Assembly (NCBI GenBank): GCA_048013815.1 | Contig: CM106586.1 | Span: forward strand, 16,244,001 to 16,308,000 | From: Setoptus koraiensis | Taxonomy: Eukaryota > Animalia > Arthropoda | DNA: 64,000 nucleotides | Reading direction: 5' to 3' | In this document: in pieces, positions 13,625-25,850 of the stretch | How positions within the stretch are numbered: position 1 is the stretch's first letter | Layout: every line of letters starts with the position of its first letter | Translations under genes and position numbers: made by a program | The notes under the pieces: model-generated | Databases searched by the model: none | Told to the model about the DNA's origin: nothing | The model's input: the letters and a program-made list of their open reading frames with translations, nothing else

Positions 13625-14599
13625 TCAGAGCGGAAAAAATCCGCCAGGGCGGCGCGCCCGTTCCGCGCATATCCTGCAGGTTGCCGGCGGGGGCGGCGGC
13701 ACGGTCTTGTTGGCCGTGATGATAGGGTTGTAATCGCGTGTGCGCGTAACGAAGGTTGTGTGTGATCTGTTGCGTCACAGTGGCCATTGCGACATTGCGA
13801 CATTGCGATGTTGCGATGTTGCGATGTTGCGATGTTGCGATGTTGCGATGTTGCGATGTTGCGATGTTGCGACATTGCGATGTTGCGACATTGCGATGTT
13901 GCGATGTTGCGATGTTGCGATGTTGCGACGCGGCGATGTTGCGACGTGGCGACATTGCGATGGCGGGGCGATGACATGGCGGGGCGAAAGGTTAGTCACT
14001 GGGCACTTGAGACAAAGTTATAGCGAAAGTTGGTGCAAAGTTTGGGCTGCTCGTCGGGCGGCGCCGCGCGACCCGGCACAGTTGCGTCAGAGCGGTTACA
14101 TCTAGCTACGCTGCGCTCAGACTGCTGCAGCGGCTCAGATTGCCGCAACGGCAACTTGGGACGCGCTGATTAGCGCGGCGCGAGCGGGCCAGTCGGCGGC
14201 CCGCCGGCGAGCGCGCGACAGGTGAGCGGCCGGTGAGCGGCCGATGAGCGGCGCGCAGACTTACCTGCGACTCTTCTCGAACTCGAGGCTGATGGTGCGC
14301 AGCCTGACGCCGGCCTCCTTGATGACCTGCGGATTGAGGGGCAAGCTGACCGACTCGGCGCGTCGCTGGAACTTGGCTATGAGGTCGAAGTTTTTGTGCT
14401 TGGTGTCGTAGGGGGCCGACTGCGGCGCTGGCAGCGTCGTGTTGTTGTTGTTGTTGTGGTCGTTGTTGTTGTTGTTGCTGTTGTTTTGGTCGTTGTTGTT
14501 GTCGTCGTCGTCGAGATCGGCGTATATGTCACTAGTGGTGGCGTGCTGCTGCTGCTGCAGCGGCTGCTGTTGTTGTTGCTTGGTGGCGGTTGCTGTCAT
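13625..14599 (-). CDS. Orphan two-exon protein (~158 aa) with Gln/Asn low complexity and a BH3-like segment
   Basis: Exon 14599-14265 starts at caacATG and ends AG|GTAAGT. Its non-repetitive part uses almost only C/G-ending codons. A putative exon 13766-13625 follows (acceptor gcaacAG, phase-compatible) and reads RSHTTFVTRTRDYNPIITANKTVPPPPPATCRICAERARRPGGFFPL*. Exon 2 and the start codon are less certain. Confidence 0.55.
13785..13960. repeat. 8-bp tandem repeat (tgttgcga/cattgcga), about 22 copies
   Basis: Read directly; lies inside the predicted intron of the BH3-like gene. Confidence 0.95.
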
Positions 14600-15386
14600 G
14601 TTGTCGTTGGCATCGGCGGGACGAACGAAAATGAGGAGCGACGGTGGCGCGAGCGTGCGTGTGCGTGGCATATAGGCGATTGTTGTTGTTGTTGTTGACT
14701 GTTGCGACACCGAAACCGGACTGTGATCGCCGCTTGTCGTGCGCCACATTTAATAGTGCGCCACGCAAGCGTTCACCTAGCAGTTGTCAATTGTTGCTCG
14801 TTGCCCATTGGCCCGTCGGCCCGTCGGCCGCCGCTGCTCGTTGGCCGCTCGTTGCTGCGGCAGGCTCCTCCCCCCCCCGCCTGGTGCGCGCTGCCCAATG
14901 TTTACAACTGTTGCGCCGCCGCTTATGCATGCGCGCGCGCGCTCGCGCGCGCCACCACACGGACCCGATCGGCCGCCGAGACGGACGGCAGTCTCGAGAC
15001 GGCGCATTGCGGGTCGCGTCCCGCAACTCGGCACCCACGGACACTATATGTGCCGTGCCAGTGTGCCCGGCACAGCGCACAACAATACACAGATATACAC
15101 AGGCGATGCTCGGCCGTAGTACGGCCGCCGTAAGCAACATGCAGCGGGCTTGTCGCGGCGATTGCGCGCAGCTGCCGCCGGTCACCCACGGCACCCCCGA
15201 TGACCAGTCGAGAGCGAGCCAACAACCTCTGCCGAGGGCCACTGTCACTCGGAGCGCGATAGCAGCGACGCTGCTGCCTCAATTACATGAATACGCTCTG
15301 TGCAGGGTTCGATTTAGATAGCTGGCTGCGCCGTTGTTGTCGCGGCCGATGTTGCTGTTGCTGTTGTTGTTGTTGCTGCTGTTGTT

Positions 15387-15417
<31 letters not shown>

Positions 15418-18400
15418 TTGTTGTTGTTGCTGTTGCTGCTGCTGGCGCTGTTGGCGTTGTTGTTGGCGTTGTTGGTGAGCCCGGGCAGCGGCTTGGCCGT
15501 GCTCGGGCTGCCGGTCAGCGGTGGCAGCTCGCAAGTTTTATTTTGTGAGCATGATCGTTGTTCGCGTCCACTACAAACTTTTAACTTCTTCTTCTCACTT
15601 GTGCCAACTTGCCCAGCGCACACACACACACACACACAACTGTCCTGCATCTGCATAGCCAGCGCTAACTAGCGCTAATAGCGACACTCTTCGGGCTTGC
15701 ACTGCGCCCGTCGGCCGCGCTATCGGCCGGCCGCGGCCATCGGCGGCCGCGGCTATCGGCGGGCCGCGATATCGGCCGGCCGCAGATATCGCCGGCCAGT
15801 GCAGGCCGATCTCTATATTCGCTGCACTCAATGCACTCGATGCGAGCCGATATAGTGTATTGTTGTCGGTGCCCGTCGCATGCGTGTGCACTGTGCGCGC
15901 ACCGGCCAGCGGCCAGCAGCCGGCCAGCGGCGGACGGGCCGCGGCCAACGGGCCGAAAGTGCGGAGTGCGCCCTCGCCTATTATGTTATTATATTAACTG
16001 TGCTCATTACGCTGCTGCAGCACAGTTGGCCGGCCAGTTTGTCCCCGCGCGCCGCCGCCGCCGCTGCAAAGTGGCCGCTCGTTTGCGCTGCCCGTCGGTC
16101 TGGCGGCCGCACGACAGCGCAAAACCAACAGCGCGGCCACTGAACCGGCCGGCGCTGGTCGGACAGTCTCGAAAGTTGTGCGTGTGCCCATGCCTTTAGA
16201 CACAATCGTCAATCAACGAGAGCGCCAGTTCGGTTTGCGTTGGCCGTCGCGTTGGCCGTCGCGTTCGTCGTCGCGTTGGCCGTCGAGTTCGCAGTCGAGT
16301 TCGCAGTCGCGCTCGCAGCTGAGTTCGAATTCGATTTCGAAGCCCGGGAGTCGCTGGTCAAGTTGGCCGCGACCACCGCTGCACCAGTGCGCCATTGCAC
16401 CAGCGGGCAGCAGCGGGCAGAGCGAGGTTGGCAAACACTACACTCTTTTATCAATTTATTCTTTATGCCTCTCGCTCTCTTTTCTCTATGGCTCCGCAAC
16501 TGCGACTCCGGCTGCAACTCTGGCGACTCTCGCGGCTCTGGCAACTCTCGCGACGCGGGCGGACGATGGTCGCAACAGCAACTCACAACAGCTTATAAAC
16601 TTGTAAACTTATCAACTTGCAAGCTATTACAGCAGCGCCACTGACAGTGTTGGCCGCCGATTTAGTGATAGCAGCAGCGGCAGCAGTGGCCAGTCTAACC
16701 CAGAATCACCTTTGCCCGTGATCAATCTCAAATAATACTATTATTAGTTGTGTTTGTATTATTAGTTTGCAAGTTTGTTGTTCGAGAACAGTGTGTGTGC
16801 CCAGTTGCGACCAGTGTGTCGTTTCGAGCTGCCAAAACGCACGCTGCTGCTGACCTATGGCCAGTTCGGGCCGGCCGCACTGATTATATTGACGGCCCGC
16901 AGCCAGCAGAGGTGATGATGAGCCCGACATGTAAATACAAGCTACAAGTGTTCACTATGTGTACACTCGAGTCGCACTAATTCGTGATTGCTGCAACTGG
17001 CAACTCGCCTCTCGCTGCCACCTTAACCTTTCTTCCTCGTCTCGGCCTATTATCGGCCCATTATCGCCACTGCACGCCCGGCCGGCCGGCCACTGTCATT
17101 AGTCGTTGGCCACTGCAGCTTGCGGCCAGTGTGCGGCACCTACGGCCGCGCGGCGACCGCGACGCCCGACGCCCGACGAGCAGCGACAGCGGCACCGACG
17201 GACGACAGCGTCGCTGGCCAGCGACCACAGCAACAGTTGGCACAATACCGGCCGGCTACCGTCTCCGCGCACCGTCTCTCACCGCACAGTCTCTCACCGC
17301 ACAGTCTCTCGCCGCGCGCCACGGTGCACACCGATCGCCGGCCCGAGCGTTGCGGCGGACAGCGGCGGGCGGACAGCGGCGGACGGACAGCGGCGGGCGG
17401 ACAGCGTCGGCGCGCGGTGCCGGGCAGACTGGCCGGCGCTCGCAGCGCATAATGTTCGCGCGAGCAAGTTGCAACATTGTTGGGCCGGAGCGAGCCCGCG
17501 CGGGCGCAAACCGCTCGTAAACACTGTCGACATGTGTTTGCGCTGCTGGCGCGAGGCAACAGCGACAGCGCAAGACGACGACAACAACAGCAACAGCAAC
17601 AGCGACAACAATGACAGCAGCAACAACGACAACAACAACTCACGCTCGCGCGATTGCGATTGCGTCATACAATCAGTAGTATCAATAGTCAGCGTCGAGT
17701 CGCGAGCCCCGACGAGTCAGACGACTGGTCAGCTAGCGCGAGATGCTCACTAACAGTGTAAGAGTGAGTCTCACTCTATAATCAGCGCACAGTGACTATT
17801 TGTTGTAGTTGTGGCCGGTCATTGTTGTGCAAATGTCGTGCTCGTGCTCGTTTGCGTGCTCGTTTGCGTGCTCGTTTGCGTGTGCGCTATGGCCCGCGAT
17901 CGCCCCGCGATCGCATTGCGCCGATCGCACTCTCAAATTGAGGGTCGCAAATGATCTTTAAAACGATCAACAGGCTTGCAGCGACTGACCGCTGTCCGTG
18001 CTGCCAGTAGTGAGTGTTTATTGATATCGCTGACACACAACTTGTGTTTATGTGTTGCTCATGTTAATCGCCAATTGGCACACTGGCGATCTTTGGTCAG
18101 CGTTGGAGCTTTGTTTGCGACTGGGCAAACACATTTGCGTCAACATTTGCAGCGCCACGCTCGTGAATCAGCTGCTGGGCACGATGACGACGATAATCGG
18201 CGACTGCCAGCAGCACCAACAGCCAGCAGTATCAACAGCAATATCAACAACAGCAACAATATCAACAGCACCAGCAGCAACAACAACAGCAACAACAGCA
18301 ACATCGACAGCGACAGACGCGGCGTGTGCTGCGGCCATCACTCACGCCATTATAGGCCGACAAGTGTCTGGCAGACGCGCTGGCTCCAGTGGTCGCGCGC

Positions 18401-18771
18401 CGGGCAACAGGTTGTTGATTTAGTTTCGGCTCGCTCGGGCCGGTCCGGTTTGCGCCGAGCCGTCGGCCGTCGGCCGTTGAGCCGCTCGGCCGCTCGGCCG
18501 CTTAGCTTGTTTGCTCGCCACTCGCGAGCTCGCGGGCAACAGCAGCGGGCTCGACGGCAGCGGGCTCGACCGGCCAACGAGTGCCCGTTGCGGCGGCGCC
18601 GCTGGCCGCGCTAATCGGACACGGGTGATATGCTAATGAGCTGAAATCAATGACAAGAGCGATCAGCGGACGGCCAGTGGATGGTCAGTTGCCACTGCGA
18701 ATGTATAACGACGGCCGGACGGGACGGCCGAGTGGACGGCGCACGAAATAATGGTAATCATAATTATAATC

Positions 18772-18777
18772 TTTATT
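18772..18777 (-). terminator. Candidate AATAAA polyadenylation signal of the giant ORF
   Basis: Plus-strand tttatt about 575 nt downstream of the stop at 19351, in an AT-rich patch. Confidence 0.35.
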
Positions 18778-19201
18778 TACAAGAGCCTTTGTTTGCTGCT
18801 CGCTCGCTTCTTTGTTTGCCCTCTCGCTCGCTGTGTGCGCGCTGTTTGCTCGCCACGACACACACACACACACACACCATGATAGATAACAAACAGTATA
18901 CTTTACTTCATACATTTATATTTATATATATATATATTTATATATTTATACATGGCCGTCGGTGCTTGCGCGACACGACACTGTCTCGAGACTCGAGCCA
19001 CTGCGCAAACACAGGTAGTTGTCGATTCACCAATGGTTCCGCTCCGGTTTAGTTGTTGCCACTTGGGCCGGCCGGTCGGCCGTCGCCACTCGGCCCAGTG
19101 CGTCGGCGGCCGGGCCGCTCTCGAGTCGAGCGGTGCCGCGCCGCGCCGGAAGTTGCAAGTGGTCAGTGTGCGGCGCCGGTATGTACAGTTGCAGTGATGA
19201 T

Positions 19202-19298
19202 AGTGGTCATATTGTACAGCCTGATGAGTGGTCATATTGTACAGCCTGATAAGTGGTCATATTGTACAGCCTGATAAGTGGTGATTATGTACAGCCTG
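19202..19298 (-). repeat. 25-bp tandem repeat x4 in the putative 3' UTR, each unit carrying UGUACA(A)UA on the mRNA strand
   Basis: Plus-strand unit agtggtcatattgtacagcctgat(g/a); the fourth copy is degenerate. Confidence 0.9.
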
Positions 19299-19350
19299 GC
19301 AATAAGAGTTGCGGTGTGAGGGGCCCGGCGCGCGGACCCGCGCGCCCGCC

Positions 19351-22300
19351 TCAGCCGGCCGTCGCCGCCAGCTGACTCATGTACCGGCTGAAATAGTGGC
19401 CCAGAATGTTCTTTGACGGCTCTATGATGCTGTGGATGAGCTGCGTCTGGGGCGTTATCTTGAACTGGCCCAATTGCAGCGAGGGCGCACTGTGCGCCGG
19501 CTCGCCCAACTGACCCACGTGATAGTGGCCGCGATGGTGCCCGGCCAGCTGATGGCTCAGGTGATGGTGGGCGTGATGGTCGAGCTCCGCCGCGGCGGCC
19601 GCCGCTGCCGCAGCCGCCGCCGCTGCTGCTGGCGACTCCCCAAAGTGGGCCGGGTGGAGGCGCGTCGTTGTCGCCGGCGGCCTAACACCTGTCTGTAGTA
19701 GCTGCATCGCTTGCTGTTGTTGCTGTTGTTGTTGGCTCAACAGGTGACTGGTGGCCAGCGCCGCGTCCATGTCGCTGTGGGCCAGCTTGTTGCTGTTGGC
19801 GGTGCCGCTGACACCGCCACCGGTCACCAGCGCGTTTGTGTCCATCTCAATTAGCGACGCGGCTACCTGTTGCTCGGCGGACAGGCCGCCGCTCGTCAAC
19901 GCGGGCACCGCACCGCCATCTTCGGCGGCGCCGCTCGGGTGCTTGTCGTTGTTGCCGGCCTGCTGTCCCGCTGGCTTGGCGCCCTTGGCCAGCTTTCTGT
20001 TGTTGTGCGACAATTTGCGCTGCTTGGCCAATTGTCGCTTGGCCGTGGCGGCGGTCGCTTGCTGTTTGCGCTGCTTGCTCTGCTTCGGTCGCTTGCCGGC
20101 GGGCCGGCTGGGCGCCGCCGCGCTCATTTTGATCGAGTCCGCGTGCGTCGTCTTGTCCTCGTCGTCGGCAACCACGGAATTAGCCGCGGCCCGGGTGACA
20201 TTGAAAGCGAACGCCCCCTCGTCGGTGTCGTCGCTAGAGTCGAGCATGTCCTCGTAGCTCGTGGTGACCGCATCGTCGGGTTGCTCGTCGACGCCCGACG
20301 CAACTGATGACTTGAACGACGACTTGAACGGCTTGTGATGCTCATCGGCGGACTTGATCAGCGAATTGGACGACGACGACGAGTAGAGGGCGTCGTCCTT
20401 GCCGTCGCCTGAAATCGAAGCGGCCGCTTGCTGCTGCGGCTTGCCCGACGACCGGCTCGATCCGCCCGTATCGGCGCTATCCGCATAGTTGCCCGCGTAC
20501 TTGTTGCTGGTGTGATGCCTCAGCGGGTACGGCAACTGATAATATTCGGCGCCGCGATGCGGCTGATAAGACGATTTGGCTCGCATTGGTCGGGCCGCCG
20601 GTTTCACACCGTAGTCTGTGTCGCTCACCATTACCTGCTCGGAGCCGCTTGTGTACAACATGCCCGGGGCGGCTGGGGCGCCCGCGTTGTCGCGCTCGCT
20701 TGTGTGCGATATGCTCTTGTAGGGCGACATGGACAAAATGGACGAGGCCGACGAGCTGAGCAGCGACGATATGGAGGGCACCAGGCGCCGACTTGCGTCG
20801 CTTGCCGCCGACACTATGCTCTCCCATCTGAAGGGAGACTTGACGCTGGTCAACAGCTTGTCCGGCTGGCCCGCGTAGCCCGTCGCGGACTCTGCGCCCG
20901 TATAAGGATGGTAGTACTGTGGCGACACGGCGCCCGCGGCCGAGTAGTAGCCCGATGAGGCACCCGCGTCCGCGCCCTGATAGCCCGGCTTCAGCCCGTA
21001 CACGTGCTGCGATCTGTCTCTGTTGGCCTTGCGATAATGCGCATAGGGGGCCGAGTAGTTGTAGGGTTGCCGCTGCGGCGGCGCCTGCCTGTAGTCATAG
21101 TAGCCCATGTCCGGCTGCTGACTCGCGTCCGGCTCCGCGTATCCGCTAGCGGGTTCCGCGGCGGCGGCCACGGAATAGTGTTTTGGGCGCGTCACGGAGG
21201 ATCCAGGACGATGATGGTAGTCCGCGGCCGGGGCCGGGTACTGACCGTTGGCTATGGGCGGGCCAGACACCATCGGGTAGGGGCTGTTTGGTGGCTTGTA
21301 GGTGCCCGTTGCGGTGCCGTTGATTAGCCTGGCCTGGCGGTAATAGACGGAGCTGGTGGGCGCGCTCTTGCCGGGTATCTTGGGTGTCTCCGAGGACGAA
21401 TCAATTGTGTCGTAATTGAGCGGCTCTTGGCCGGCCTTGGCCGGGTAGTGCGCCGGCTGATATTGTGCAAACAGCGCCGGGCCACTTGTTGCCGATGATG
21501 GATGACGGTGGCGCTGCTGGTGCCTGCCGGTCGGATATTGTTGCTGCTGCGGCTGGGGCTGGGGCTGCAGCGGCAGCTCAAGCTGACCGTAACTGTTCTG
21601 TATCTGATAATACGGTTGTTGTCCGTTGTGGTTGTCATTGTTGTGGCTGTTGGCGTAGTTGTTGTTGGCGTAGTTGTCGCTGGCGATGGAGACGGGCGCT
21701 GGCACCGAGCCAACGCTGTCCACTGTGTCAGTTTGCGACACTTGGCCGCCACTCGACAGCGGCCCGTAAGCGCCGCTCGGGCCCGATGATGGATGATGGT
21801 TGCTGAGCTCGAGGGCTGGCTGTTGGTCGTAGGCCGGCCTGGCGTGGTACGCCGCGGGCTTGTGCGCGGCCCGCTCGGGATACTGCTGTCGATACAATTG
21901 TTGTTGACTTTTCTCTATATCTGTCAGCGCGACGGCCGGCCGCTGGTAAACACTGTCCGCCGCCGATGTCTGATACAAATAAGTGTCCTGTTGCGCTGGA
22001 TGCGCTCCGCTGACCGCATAGGTCCCGCTGGCGGGCTCACCATTATAGGCCGGCCGCGACTTGTTGTAGCCGGTGTTGTTGTTGTAGCCCGCGCTATAGG
22101 CCGCGCTCACAACATCGTGATCCCGTTTTGAGTTGTTGCTGTGGCTGTAATTAAATTGTTGCTGCTGCTGATTGCTGTGATAATAATCCGACGATAATTG
22201 ATTAGTCGCGATATTGGCGGCCGCATAACTGTCAGCGGCCGGGTCGCCGCTTGTCGCAACCGGCCCGCTCACAACGGGTCTCCAGTGATTGCTGGCAAAC

Positions 22301-23692
22301 GGCGCGTCGGGTAGCGCCTCGTTGGCCGCCTGGCCCGTGGTCACGTCAACGTAAACGGGCGGCCTGACACTGTTGACAGCGTGACCGAGCGCTTCGCTAC
22401 TGTTGTGCCCGCCATAATTGTTGTTGCTACTGTTGCTTGCCGTACCGTACTGTCCGCCTGCGAGGGCGGTGCCCTGTCCGCCATAAGTGCCGCCGTATGC
22501 GACGCCATAAGTACCGCCGTACGCACCATAGGCGCCCCCGTAGGCGCTACCCTGTGCGCCGGCCCCATACCCAGTATTAGAGACCGTTGCGTTGGCGCCG
22601 CCAACGTAACTAGAGTTTGCCGCAGTGGCTTGCTCGTACTGCTGATAGGGCGCGTACAGGGCGCTTGACGCAACCGGAAGTGAGTAGTTGCTCGCCTGAA
22701 TCACGGCTGCCGCTGGGGCCTTATCGGCGGGCTTGCCGTACAAGTTGGAGACACCCGAGTAATTTGCGGTGGTTGCGTAACTTATAAGCTTGCTGCCGCT
22801 GTTGTTGTAGGCGCTGTTGTATTGGTACCAGCCGGCCGACTCTCCGTTTGCGTAGCCCGATTGGTTGTAGGCGGGCGCCGCTGGCTGGGCCGCTTGTGCG
22901 GGATATGCTGGCTGGGCCACTTGCGCGGGATATGCGGGCTGGGCCGCTTGCACGGGATACGCGGGCTGCGCCAAGTGGGCCGGCTCGGCGCCCGAGTAGG
23001 ATGGGCGGGCGGGCTCCAGTTGCTGCTGGTAGACGACGGGTTGCTGCTGGTAGACGACGGGTTGCTGCGGGTAGACAGCAGTTTGCTGCTGATATTGCTG
23101 GTACTGCTGGTGCGGCGCGGCTGCCGGATACTGCCCGCTGACCGCGGGATAATTGGAATAATTGCCGCTCGCACCGGAAGTGCCGCTACTCTGAATGTAC
23201 GGATTGGTGGCGTAGGTGGTGCCGTAGTTTGCTGTGCTGTTATGGGCGCTGTCGTTGGTGCCCGTACTGTACGGCTGTATGGGCGTCAGCGTGTGCGTGA
23301 TGCTCACGGGCTTGCGCGACAGCAACTCGGGCGGACCGACCACCACGTAGCTGGTGTTGGCCGGCGGCGGCCCGTACGAATGCTGTTGCTGCTGCGGGAC
23401 CCGGCTCGCTTGCTTGCCGGCCAGAGCCGCAACGGGCACCGCCACCGAATAGTCCTGGGCCGTCGGCTTGGTGCCGTACTGATGATGATCAACTGTCTGG
23501 TTGTACAGCACGCTGTGATGCTTGTTCATGTACTCCGCCTGCTCTATGTAGGCCTGCGGGTTCGGGTTGCCGGCGTACGCCGGCCCGTCGGGCTCGTGCC
23601 GGCTGACATTTGCGCCCACCAGCGCGTAGCCCGTGAGCTCGCCGCCATCTTGATAAGAGCGCGGCTTGGCCGTGTACGGTTGTTGCTGTGGT

Positions 23693-23769
<77 letters not shown>

Positions 23770-25848
23770 TTGTTGTGGTTGTTGTTGTTGCTGCGGCTGA
23801 TAAAGCGGATACGAGGTTGTGCTGTGGTACTCGACGCCGCTGGTGACCCTGTAACTGTCACCCGCGTGCCTCTGTGTCGCGTTCGAGGGCGACGCGTACC
23901 CTTGCGGCGACCGCTGGTACTCGCCCGTCGTGTGCTGGTATTCACCTGTCGCCGGGTGCTGATATTCGCCAGTTGTGTGCTGATATTCACGCGTCGTATG
24001 CTGGTATTCGCCCGCCGCCGGGTGCTTGTATTCACCTGTCGTCGGGTGCTTGTATTCGCCTGCCGCCGGGTGCTGACTGGTCGTCGGGTGCTGACCTGTC
24101 GCCGGGTGGTAGTCGGCGGTCGTGTGTGGCGGCCTGTCGGTGTGCGGCCCGTCGTAGGCCGCGCTGTCGGCAACGTGACGCGGCTGCCCGTGATCTATCA
24201 CAATGTTTGTCGTTTGCGGGTGCGGCGCGCCCTCGCCGACCTGCGCCGCCACCAAATTTTGATCAAGATCTATGACGTAGATGCGCATTAATTTGACACC
24301 CGACGATAAATTTGCGCCGGGCAGCAAATTCGCCGTGTCGTTCAGCTTGTATATAGGCTGCTGCTGTTGCCGCTGCAGTTGCTGCTGCAGTTGCTGCTCC
24401 GCTTCGTTGTTGGCGCCTAGCGGCGAGTCTTGCACTTGTTGCTGTTGTTGTAGCTGTTGTTGTTGTTGCTGCTGTAGCTGTTGTTGTTGCTGTTGCTGCT
24501 GATCTTGCTGTTGTTGCTGCTCTTGCTGTTGTTGCGGCTGCGGCTGCTCTTGCTGTTGCGCAACGGCGGCCTGCTCGCCACCCACGCCACTGTGAGCTAT
24601 TGTCTCTGTTGTCGGCTGCTCTGGCTCCACTCTGATGGTTACCACGGGCTCGCCGTTATCGCCGCCGTCGCCGCTGGTGGCGCCGTCAAAGCCGGCGCTG
24701 CTGGCCTCGGTCACCTGTTGCACCTCTTGCGCAACGTCTTGTTGTTGTTGCTGCTGATTGAATTGTTGCTCCTGTCCAATAACTGTCTGCTGCTGTTGCG
24801 CCGCCGCATTGTTGTGCGCCGCCGACACTTGCTGCTGCTGCTGTTGTTGTTGCTGCTGTTGTTGCTGATTGATTGATGACGATGACAGAGTTGTCTGCTC
24901 GTTTTGCTGCTGCTGTTCAATTTGCTGCTGCTGCACCTGTTGCGTCTGAATAGAGTTGTCGGTCTGAGCCGCGTCGGGCTGTCGCTGTTGTTCGGCCGGC
25001 TGCTGCTGATTGTTGGCGCCGCTCGCGGTTACCGTTAGGCCCGCTTGATCCGCATCGCCGATGTCGTTGTCGGCCACCACGGGTCCCGACGTCGCAAACT
25101 CTTGCGGCTGCTGCTGCTCCTGTTGTTGCTGCTCTTGTTGTTGCGGCTGCTGTTGCGAGTCTCGCCGTTGCACCTCGTCGGACAGCTCCGCGCCGAGTTG
25201 CTCTTGTTGCAATTGGCCGCTTGCGAACTCTTCGTCGCGCTTCCTCGCGCTGTCACCTATCGAATTGCTGGCTTGCTGCTGGTCAGTTTGTGGCGGCGAC
25301 AATTTCGCCGAGTTGTTCGGTGAGTCGCCGGCTGGCGCCGCCGACTCGCCAAATGACTCGTTTAGTGCCGCCTGAGACATGGCGGCCCCCGTCTGGCCGC
25401 TGTGATTGGCCGCTGTGGCGTTGCTTCGTTTGCGCCCGAAAATACCCGCATGTCCGGCGAACATTCGCTTCAGTGTGCGCCTCTCCTCTTGTTCCGGTGA
25501 GATACTTGCTGTCGTGGCCGACTGTTGCTGTTGTTGGTGTTGCTGTTGTTGCTTGCTGAAATTGTTTGCACTGTTACCTGTTCTGGCCAGCTCGACGCTG
25601 TATTGTTCGTAGGCTGTCGAGTGATCGTAGTCACTCACAGTTACTTGCTGCTTGCCAGTTGCCGGCGCTTGTGCACTGCCGGTGTTTGGGTCCAACTGAC
25701 CAGTGGTGTTGGCCTGCTCGGTGGCCTGTTCCTGCCAGGCGACACTGACCGATATGTGCAGGCAACATAGTGCCAGGAACGTTACCCAGTTGCGCGCAAC
25801 CTGTTGCGTAATTTGATTATTTACGCAAGACAATTTAACAGTTTGCAT
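19351..25848 (-). CDS. Giant single-exon low-complexity Gln/Ala/Pro/Tyr/Gly-rich protein (~2,165 aa), probably secreted and structural
   Basis: A 6.5-kb stop-free frame with C/G-biased third positions. First ATG is at 25848 (the ORF track starts at TTG 25860). Hydrophobic stretch WVTFLALCCLHISVSVAW near the N-terminus. No recognisable globular domain. Confidence 0.85.
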
Positions 25849-25850
25849 AA

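Noticed and set aside
15279-15672. Poly-Gln/Cys/Leu/Asn ORFs in several frames
   Set aside because: They are produced by a (TGT/TGC)n microsatellite that is open in most frames, with no family motif or clear splice context. The same applies to most ORF-track calls between 12.8-19 kb and 26.5-42 kb.
22822-24291. 489-aa plus-strand ORF and other ORFs overlapping the giant gene
   Set aside because: They are antisense or off-frame shadows of a GC3-rich, low-complexity coding sequence.
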